Translations under genes and position numbers: made by a program
Notes under the pieces: model-generated
What the model was told of the DNA's origin: nothing
The model's database searches: none
What the model saw: only the letters and a program-made list of their open reading frames with translations
Source: a virus
Reading direction: 5' to 3' (one strand)
Virus record (IMG/VR): IMGVR_UViG_3300028594_000085
Span: 1-38,549 of that record
DNA length: 38,549 nt
In this document: positions 23,398-30,198 of the stretch, piece after piece
Layout of the letters: the number at the start of each line of letters is the position of its first letter
How positions within the stretch are numbered: the first letter of the stretch is position 1

Positions 23398-24777
23398 TTA
23401 CGATCCACTCCCTTTATACTTTTCAAGCCGTGCTTTTACGGCGTCCATTAACTCATCTTGGCTGCTTGTTTTATTCTCCAGGGCCTTCATGACTTTCTCG
23501 TCAATGGAGTCCTCCACAATCAGATGGTAGATTGTGACGGTGCTTTTCTGACCTTGTCGGTAGAGCCTCGCGTTTGCCTGCTGGTAGAGCTCCAGGCTCC
23601 AGTTCAGTCCGAACCAGATCACGGTGTTTCCGCCATCCTGCATATTCAGCCCGTGTCCGGCACTCGCAGGATGGGTGAGAAGGACGGGGATCTCTCCGCG
23701 GTTCCAGGCCTTGAAATGTTCATCGGTCTCCAGCTTGACGGCATCCTTGATTCTTTCTTCGATACGCTCTAGGTCATGTTTAAAGTTATAGAATACAAGT
23801 ACGGGCTTTCCGTTTGCCTGCTCGATCAGATCCTCCAGGACGTCCAGCTTCTCATCATGGATGTGCTGCACCCCCTCGTTTTCGTCATAGACAGCTCCAT
23901 TGGAGATCTGAAGCAGTTTATTACTCAAGACAGCTGCCGTATCCGCCACTATGTCGCCGTCATCATACGGCAACAGAAACTCCTTCTCCAGCTGTTCATA
24001 CTTCTTGCGGGCGGCAGGGGAGAGGCGGACCTGTTCGATCTGGTCTATGCGCTCTGGCATCTTCAGGTAATCGTCTGCCTTCATACTGACACAGATATCG
24101 CTGATTTTCTTGTATATATTTTCCTCGGCTTCGGGCTTCGGCAGCCATTCATACACCACATGGCGGCTCGGATCTCCAGCCCCCGGAATGAAATATCGTT
24201 GCTTGTAGCCGGTAATCGTCTTTCCTAATCGCTCTCCCTGATCCAGCAGATACATCTGCGGCCAGAGGTCTATTAAGCCATTCGGTGCTGGCGTTCCGGT
24301 CAGCCCGACGATTCGTTTAATGAATGGCCGCACTTTCCGTAATGCCCGGAAGCGTTTCGACTTACTGGACTTAAAACTGGAGAGCTCATCAATCACAACC
24401 ATTTCAAACGGCCACTTGTCTTTATAGTAATCGACCAGCCAGACCACGTTTTCCCGGTTAATCGTGTAGATGTCTGCGTCAGCTTTCAGGGCCGCGATCC
24501 TGTCCTGTTTGGATCCGAGGACTTTTGAGACCCGGAGATGCCGCAGGTGCTCCCATTTCTCGATCTCATCCGGCCAGGTGTGCTTGGCTACCCGCAGAGG
24601 GGCGATAACAAGCACGCGAGGGGCTATCTCAAAATAGTCATACATCAGGTCAAAGACGGCGGTCAGAGTAGAGACCGTCTTGCCCATGCCCATATCAAGA
24701 AAGAGACCAGCTGCCGGGTTCTCGATGATTTTCTGGATGGAATACTCCTGATAGTCATGCGGGATAAAGTTTGTCAT
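23398..24777 (-). CDS. SNF2-family helicase
   Basis: Motif I GMGKT, DExx-box VIDELS, and helicase C region with QANARLYRQGQ. Confidence 0.85.
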   Translation of the reverse strand: MTNFIPHDYQEYSIQKIIENPAAGLFLDMGMGKTVSTLTAVFDLMYDYFEIAPRVLVIAPLRVAKHTWPDEIEKWEHLRHLRVSKVLGSKQDRIAALKADADIYTINRENVVWLVDYYKDKWPFEMVVIDELSSFKSSKSKRFRALRKVRPFIKRIVGLTGTPAPNGLIDLWPQMYLLDQGERLGKTITGYKQRYFIPGAGDPSRHVVYEWLPKPEAEENIYKKISDICVSMKADDYLKMPERIDQIEQVRLSPAARKKYEQLEKEFLLPYDDGDIVADTAAVLSNKLLQISNGAVYDENEGVQHIHDEKLDVLEDLIEQANGKPVLVFYNFKHDLERIEERIKDAVKLETDEHFKAWNRGEIPVLLTHPASAGHGLNMQDGGNTVIWFGLNWSLELYQQANARLYRQGQKSTVTIYHLIVEDSIDEKVMKALENKTSSQDELMDAVKARLEKYKGSGS

Positions 24778-25058
24778 CCTCCATGCACCTCAATTAGCCG
24801 GATCAGTTCGTCCACTTTGGCCTTGGAGTCGATGACCATTGCCTTAAAATTCATCTCACGTAATTCTTTCATGCGCTTCTCCTGGAGACGCCGCGCTTTC
24901 TTACCTGGTGCCTTGAGTTCAACAAAGAAGATCCAGGCGTTAGGGAATAAAACAATCCGGTCCGGCATCCCTCGAATGCCGGAATTAAATTTATAGGCTC
25001 TGCCTCCGGCGGCTTTTACTTTTTTCTTCAGATACCCTTCAATTTCTTCCTCTAGCAC
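24774..25058 (-). CDS. VRR-NUC domain nuclease
   Basis: 94 aa. PDRIVL....FVELKAPGKK..RLQEKR matches the VRR-NUC D..ExK pattern. GTG start. Confidence 0.75.
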   Translation of the reverse strand: MLEEEIEGYLKKKVKAAGGRAYKFNSGIRGMPDRIVLFPNAWIFFVELKAPGKKARRLQEKRMKELREMNFKAMVIDSKAKVDELIRLIEVHGG

Positions 25059-25088
25059 TTTTAGCCTACCTCCTTAAAAACTGCCCAC

Positions 25089-25347
25089 TTACTACAGATA
25101 CAACAGAAACAACAGAATTCCCCTATATATTAATAACGCGTGTTATGCGGATACGCGGGTGCCTATATATGCTTATACTATATATTTATACTTATATAGT
25201 AATTATTGTTGTATCTGTAGTATATAGAGTAGTAACCCTTGATATATCAATATTTACGGCTACTACAGACTTGCTTTTACTCTGTTGTATTCTGTTGTGT
25301 CTGTTGTAATGGTCTGAATTCAGATACTACAGAGATACAACAGAGTC
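25089..25347. repeat. Dispersed 259-nt noncoding repeat, copy B
   Basis: Fills the 308-bp gap between the primase and VRR-NUC genes. TACTACAGA at 25090, 25261 and 25325, and inverted at 25214. ACAACAGA at 25100, 25109 and 25337, and three tandem inverted copies at 25281, 25291 and 25300. AT-rich core 25175-25240. Palindrome 25313-25324. Confidence 0.9.
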
Positions 25348-25366
25348 CGATGTAAGTGAATCGTGA

Positions 25367-27769
25367 CTAAAGCCTCACATATGCCCGCTGCTGCCCGTAG
25401 TTTTTGCCGAATGAAAGGGTAGATCCGTACGGTTTCCAGCCTGGCATTTCTCGTAAAATATCATTAATATTGCGGGCGTCGACGGGACGAAATTGCTTCG
25501 GATCGCCATTGAAAACCTCGACCCATATCTCCAAAGCACAAACCCGGTCCCGTTTGGCCGTTCCTTCCTGACCGCCAAAATCGCCGCTTAGATAAAGCTT
25601 TCTGGCAGATATGTCCTTCTCATTCCAATCAGAAGGGAGGTCCATTTCTAGGAAGTTTTGGACCAGTCCAAACATTGGGTTTTCCTCCCGGTGCAGCTCT
25701 TGTCTTCTGGTGGCTTCCTGCTGCATTGCCGGGTCCTCCAGGTAGAGCTTCTCGCCTCTATGGTAATTCGCCACGGCCTCCGCCCATATCTGGTGTACGG
25801 TCTCTTTGGTCAATTCTTTCAGCATGCCTTTATTCTTTCGTGATTCATCTATGGTAACGGGCCAGAATCTCCGGTTCCCAGTTCTGTCTTTAAGGAAATC
25901 ATGGTCATTCGTCGTACCGATAAAAATGCACTGTCTCGGGAAGGACGACACCTGCCGGCCGTACGCTACCCGGAATATATCTTCTCGTTTAGATAAAAAC
26001 TGTTTAATGGCTTCATTGTCTGCTTTTCGTGTCGCTGTCAGCTCGGACATCTCAATAATCCAGACGCCCTGCAGCTGTTCATAGGCTTCTTTTCCTTGTA
26101 CCGTTGTGAGGGAGTCAGAGAACCAGTCCTGTCCCAGTTTATCCAGCAGAAGCGATTTACCGGCACCCTGCGGCCCGACGAGGGTCAGCATGTAGTCATA
26201 CTTCACACCCGGCCGGAAAATGCGAGCAACGGCTGCAGTAAGAGCTTTGCGGGTAACGGTCCGGGTAAACTTCGTGTCCTCGACACCCAGGTAGTCAATC
26301 AGAATCGACTCCATGCGTTCGACGCCGTCCCAATCCAATGATTCCAGGTATTCCCGGACGGGATGATGCCGGTGCCGTTTCATAATCACACTTAATGCGT
26401 CCTTGGCTTTACCCACCGAATCGACTTCATAAATACTTTCTAAATAATGTAGAAGCGCTGCATCGTCGTTATCTTCCCAGAGGCTTCCGGCTGTTGCATC
26501 GTCCCAGGGAAGATCCCCGAGAATAACCGGACGATGGGAAAACTCGTTATATGCAATCTTTCCTTTCAAGTTCGGGTCATTTTCCAGGATGATCAGAATG
26601 TTATCCCGGGTAGACAGGATCCGGCCGGACTTGTTGACCTCCAGCTTACTGAGCCATGCGTTGCTGTCTTCGACTTTATCAAAGACGACGCCAGCCTCTT
26701 CCAGCCGTTCCTCGCCCATGCGTTGCTTAACCGTCCCATCTTTTGCAACAAATTCGGTCATCGCGACGTAAGAGGGAAGACGGGTGACAGGCGTCCCGTC
26801 TTTTGCCTCGTCGTCCCGTATGCCAAACTTATGGATCCGTACCAGGTCAAAGGCATTGACCAAAAGCCCGCTGACCGGATCTGTTCCATGATGGGAATAG
26901 GCAAACTTATCATCGTAGAGCACCAGGCCGCCGGATGTGCTGCCTTTCGTGTAAGTGTAGCGTCCGTCCTGTTCCTGGCGATAGACGTCTGACAGAAACG
27001 TTGCAATGGCTTCAGGGATCGAATACGTCCGGTTAAAGGCACCGATCAGTCCCGGTTTTTCGTATGGATCGCCCTGTCTGTCCGCCATGCGCTCCCTGGA
27101 CTGCCGGACCCTGCTGGACTCGGGCCATAAAGACGGATCCGTCCAGTCGGAATACCGGGCCAGAATATCGTCCGGATCAATCCAGGGCATATCCTGCATC
27201 TCGAAGATAAACTGCCCGTCCTGGGACGTACTCGGCCAGTACATGAGCCGGTGCGCCTGATAGGTTGTATCATCAAAGAAGTCAATACCCAAGTCTGCGG
27301 CCAGCCGTCTGCTGATTGCCTGGTATTCTTCCGGAGTCACAGGCCGGGAAAGGGGGATGACCAGCCGGATTCTTGGGTTATCTGGTGTATGGGAGTGTGT
27401 CGAATAGGCAAGGCAGGCAAAGTCGAACAACGTCTCGACACTCGCCCAGAAGTCGCCTTTAATAAAATCGGCGTCCAGGGTAATGAGCTGCCGCCAAACG
27501 ACGGCATCCTGCTTCCTGCGTCCGCCTTTCAGTGTACCGCCGACAAAGCCGCCGACGTCCTTGATGTCATCCTGGACGCTCTTGGCGCTCTTGCGGTACT
27601 CTTCATACGTTTCACCCGTCCGCGTTGTGCGGGAGAGACGCCCGGCCAACTCGGACCAGAGCATCTCCCTGTTTTTCCATTGCGTCTCTTTTCTGTTGCG
27701 TCCCGTTGCAATCGTGAGCGTGCCGTCGTGCTGAATGTGTCTCTGCTGTTTATCTGCTTTCTCGTTCAT
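25367..27769 (-). CDS. DNA primase / helicase of the virulence-associated protein E (VirE) type
   Basis: 800 aa. Walker A GPQGAGKS in the C-terminal half, and a large N-terminal primase-type region. Typical partner of the DUF2800/DUF2815/PolA module. Confidence 0.75.
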   Translation of the reverse strand: MNEKADKQQRHIQHDGTLTIATGRNRKETQWKNREMLWSELAGRLSRTTRTGETYEEYRKSAKSVQDDIKDVGGFVGGTLKGGRRKQDAVVWRQLITLDADFIKGDFWASVETLFDFACLAYSTHSHTPDNPRIRLVIPLSRPVTPEEYQAISRRLAADLGIDFFDDTTYQAHRLMYWPSTSQDGQFIFEMQDMPWIDPDDILARYSDWTDPSLWPESSRVRQSRERMADRQGDPYEKPGLIGAFNRTYSIPEAIATFLSDVYRQEQDGRYTYTKGSTSGGLVLYDDKFAYSHHGTDPVSGLLVNAFDLVRIHKFGIRDDEAKDGTPVTRLPSYVAMTEFVAKDGTVKQRMGEERLEEAGVVFDKVEDSNAWLSKLEVNKSGRILSTRDNILIILENDPNLKGKIAYNEFSHRPVILGDLPWDDATAGSLWEDNDDAALLHYLESIYEVDSVGKAKDALSVIMKRHRHHPVREYLESLDWDGVERMESILIDYLGVEDTKFTRTVTRKALTAAVARIFRPGVKYDYMLTLVGPQGAGKSLLLDKLGQDWFSDSLTTVQGKEAYEQLQGVWIIEMSELTATRKADNEAIKQFLSKREDIFRVAYGRQVSSFPRQCIFIGTTNDHDFLKDRTGNRRFWPVTIDESRKNKGMLKELTKETVHQIWAEAVANYHRGEKLYLEDPAMQQEATRRQELHREENPMFGLVQNFLEMDLPSDWNEKDISARKLYLSGDFGGQEGTAKRDRVCALEIWVEVFNGDPKQFRPVDARNINDILREMPGWKPYGSTLSFGKNYGQQRAYVRL

Positions 27770-28293
27770 TAGGCTTCATCCTTTAACTGCTGCTGATTTC
27801 TCTTTTTATCCAGTACGTGATCCCGGCCATGACTCCACATCTTGGCTATTTCTTTTCTGGATATCAGCGGGATCGTGGCGGCATCTTCTAAAGTCCAGCC
27901 TCGTCTGACCCGTTTACAAAACGTGCCATATGATATGCCGTTTTCTTTTGCAAGGTTTATATATTTTAACGGATATTTGCGCCGCCTTGCTTTCCGTGCT
28001 CTTTTCACAACCTCTGACGTTTCCATAAGAGGTGCGGTTGCTGCATCTTCAGGAGTGAAGCCGTCCCTGTTGACTCGATGGTAAAAGGTATTATAGGGAA
28101 TACCGTTCTGCTTGGCTATATCAAGCAGGTCTTTGTCATACCGCTTAAACTGGCCTCTCGGGGGCTCGGTAAGAGCACGCTCTTTCTCCCAGCCCAACTC
28201 CCGGACCCGCTGGTTTAGGGTAGTATTCGATATCCCGTTTTGTTCTGCAATCTCATATTCTTCTGGCGTGATGTAAAAATCGTAAACACTCAT
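27769..28293 (-). CDS. DNA-binding protein with three tandem HTH-like repeats
   Basis: Repeats A(E/K)(Q/E)NGI(S/P)..T...RV...G(W/F)..E.A.T.P at about aa 8-44, 52-88 and 107-142. AAGGAGG SD. Confidence 0.7.
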   Translation of the reverse strand: MSVYDFYITPEEYEIAEQNGISNTTLNQRVRELGWEKERALTEPPRGQFKRYDKDLLDIAKQNGIPYNTFYHRVNRDGFTPEDAATAPLMETSEVVKRARKARRRKYPLKYINLAKENGISYGTFCKRVRRGWTLEDAATIPLISRKEIAKMWSHGRDHVLDKKRNQQQLKDEA

Positions 28294-28472
28294 ACTAGCC
28301 CTCCTTACAAGTGATGGCGGGTACGGTTCCGCCTCGGTTGCTGTTGCTGGTGCAGCTGACTCGCCCGTGCCGTACTCCGCGGAACGTGCCAGCTCTTCCG
28401 GACGTGCTGCTGCTGCCGCTGGGTGTCCTCCCGGACCTCTTCGACCTGTCCGAAAAACTCTCGGATGTTCTT

Positions 28473-28574
28473 CTAGAGATCTTTCACCAGCTCGACCAGC
28501 GCTTTGGCCGCTTCGATAAGATGTTCACAAAAGCGCTCCAGCATGTCTTTTTGTGCGGGGGTCAAACTATCCAT
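28473..28574 (-). CDS. Small ORF (33 aa) ending at an in-frame TAG; the frame stays open for 55 more codons
   Basis: Its ATG shares one base with the DUF3310 gene stop (TAATG). Hand translation: MDSLTPAQKDMLERFCEHLIEAAKALVELVKDL, then TAG. Confidence 0.5.
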   Translation of the reverse strand: MDSLTPAQKDMLERFCEHLIEAAKALVELVKDL

Positions 28575-28798
28575 TAGGCAGCACTCTCCTTCTTAAAAGT
28601 AATAAGTCGGTTCAGATACCACTGGGCTTTCTGCAAGTCCTCCAGGCCGCCTTTCAGCCGGTACCGGGTAACATACTTGATAATGTTTCCGACCAGGTAG
28701 CCCTCGAACATTTCCGGGCTTAATTTATCTTCGATAATGTCGATTGTCTCAATACTTCCTTGCGTATAATGGCTTGGTGAGTTAACGTTATCAGTCAT
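28574..28798 (-). CDS. DUF3310-family protein
   Basis: NSPSHY...IETIDII......GNIIKYVTRY..KGG.EDLQKAQWYL matches the DUF3310 signature. Confidence 0.75.
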   Translation of the reverse strand: MTDNVNSPSHYTQGSIETIDIIEDKLSPEMFEGYLVGNIIKYVTRYRLKGGLEDLQKAQWYLNRLITFKKESAA

Positions 28799-29177
28799 CT
28801 TTAATCACCAACTCCGGCAGATAAGGAAAGCCCTGGAAGTAGTAGGAGATATCTTCAAGCTCCAGGCGGCCTTGGTTGCGGCCGCGTGAATAAGTGACAA
28901 TCAAACGATTGTTTTCTACAAAGACCTCATAGTCATGGCTTCTAAGCTTCTTAATGAACGTCTGTAACAGCTTTCCGTTGAAGATTAAGCCTTCACATTT
29001 AACTGGCAGAGTCTTAGATACGGAATACATAAGGATCGATTTTCTTAAAAGGCCCATCTTCCCGGTATTAAAACTCTGTCTTTCCAGCTTCCTCAACTCT
29101 TTTGTTTTCTCGGCTCTAAGGGCCTTCATCATCTCTTTACCTTTGGTAAAACTAGCGTTCTTAATTTCTATCATCAT
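28791..29177 (-). CDS. Hypothetical protein (128 aa)
   Basis: Start overlaps the upstream stop. No family recognised. Confidence 0.65.
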   Translation of the reverse strand: MMIEIKNASFTKGKEMMKALRAEKTKELRKLERQSFNTGKMGLLRKSILMYSVSKTLPVKCEGLIFNGKLLQTFIKKLRSHDYEVFVENNRLIVTYSRGRNQGRLELEDISYYFQGFPYLPELVIKDD

Positions 29178-29599
29178 TCATCACCGCCTAGTTTCTCTAG
29201 CAGCCGAACCCGTTCGGAGCTTGTGAGCCGAAGTAGGAGCTTGTCTAGTTTCCTGTCTGCGATACGAGCTTCAAACTGTTTAGCTCGATCAACTTCGTCG
29301 AGAGTTGCATGACGGGAAATATCAAGTGCAGTACATTGCATTGCTACTTCACTGCCGTTCCGGGTGAACCAGACGCCCCTATACCAGCCATCAGTATGGA
29401 GGGAATCCACGCGCCCGATCATGCCGGTTCTGCTGATCACATAATCTCCCGGATCAATCTCTTCCGTTTCTACTTCATATCCGTGCAATAGGGCGTAGCA
29501 GAAATTATCAAGGGGTAGGTCAGGGAACCGATCCCCAAAGCCTGCCGCAAACTTCCGAGCAAAGTCTGCCTGTTCTTTCGTCAATTTGATTTTCTCCAT
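29174..29599 (-). CDS. Hypothetical protein (141 aa)
   Basis: GGAGGG SD. No family recognised. Confidence 0.65.
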   Translation of the reverse strand: MEKIKLTKEQADFARKFAAGFGDRFPDLPLDNFCYALLHGYEVETEEIDPGDYVISRTGMIGRVDSLHTDGWYRGVWFTRNGSEVAMQCTALDISRHATLDEVDRAKQFEARIADRKLDKLLLRLTSSERVRLLEKLGGDE

Positions 29600-29612
29600 T
29601 TCATAAACCCTC

Positions 29613-29714
29613 CTATATAGTCATAAAGAATAAAATAGTTAAGATTAACAGAATGATGATAATAGAGTAGTAGGGCGCCATAGCGTAAAGCTTAGATTTA
29701 AAGTACTGTTTCAT
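29613..29714 (-). CDS. Tiny membrane peptide (33 aa), absent from the ORF track
   Basis: GGAGGGTG SD. MKQYFKSKLYAMAPYYSIIIILLILTILFFMTI has a single TM. Confidence 0.5.
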   Translation of the reverse strand: MKQYFKSKLYAMAPYYSIIIILLILTILFFMTI

Positions 29715-29728
29715 CTTTTTTCACCCTC

Positions 29729-29887
29729 CTATATTTTGAGATCATCCGGACTTACTTCCTCAACAAACCAAACATCGCAGCCTCTTTTCTCCAGCTCCTT
29801 GCGGGCTTCTTCAGGAGGCGGAGCTTCTGAAACCTGTACATGCCTAAAGTTTCCTGCAGCATCTACAAACACCAACTCAAGAGTCAT
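29729..29887 (-). CDS. Small ORF (52 aa), absent from the ORF track
   Basis: TAGGAGG SD 7-8 nt upstream. MTLELVFVDAAGNFRHVQVSEAPPPEEARKELEKRGCDVWFVEEVSPDDLKI. Confidence 0.55.
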   Translation of the reverse strand: MTLELVFVDAAGNFRHVQVSEAPPPEEARKELEKRGCDVWFVEEVSPDDLKI

Positions 29888-29913
29888 TCTTTTAACCTCC
29901 TATTTAATTTGCA

Positions 29914-30072
29914 TTACCACTGAAGCTCTGTGCTGTCGGACACTTCATAGAAAAATGTTTTATCTTCCGCTTCTTCACAATCTGCGTCTGGACATTCAAA
30001 ATCAAGAACAACGCTAGGGCCTTCGGTAACTGAAACTAACTTTAAGGTGCTACTGCAGAAAGGGCATTGCAT
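29914..30072 (-). CDS. Small Cys-rich zinc-ribbon-like ORF (52 aa), absent from the ORF track
   Basis: MQCPFCSS...ECPDADCEE carries CxxC and CxxxC pairs. GGAGTG SD. Confidence 0.5.
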   Translation of the reverse strand: MQCPFCSSTLKLVSVTEGPSVVLDFECPDADCEEAEDKTFFYEVSDSTELQW

Positions 30073-30105
30073 AAGATCACTCCTATTTATTTTTTTTTAA
30101 AATTA

Positions 30106-30183
30106 CTATCTGTTTAAATGGTGGGACACTACTGTCGAGCAAATTAGAAAGGTAACAATGATGACTACTACTCCCCAGTCCAT
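30106..30183 (-). CDS. Tiny membrane peptide (25 aa), absent from the ORF track
   Basis: GGAGGTG SD 6 nt upstream. MDWGVVVIIVTFLICSTVVSHHLNR. Confidence 0.4.
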   Translation of the reverse strand: MDWGVVVIIVTFLICSTVVSHHLNR

Positions 30184-30198
30184 TGAGGGCACCTCCTA

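Noticed and set aside
28473-28475. Genome-wide TAG stop-codon reassignment as the explanation for the in-frame TAG
   Set aside because: Other well-supported genes terminate at TAG with sensible ends, including the portal, the Com-like ORF and the 42-aa ORF. Global recoding is therefore not supported.
28311-28577. Plus-strand 88-aa ORF in the GC-rich spacer
   Set aside because: No SD and a Leu/Pro/Arg-rich composition typical of a random open frame in GC-rich DNA. It is the only plus-strand candidate within 34 kb of minus-strand genes.
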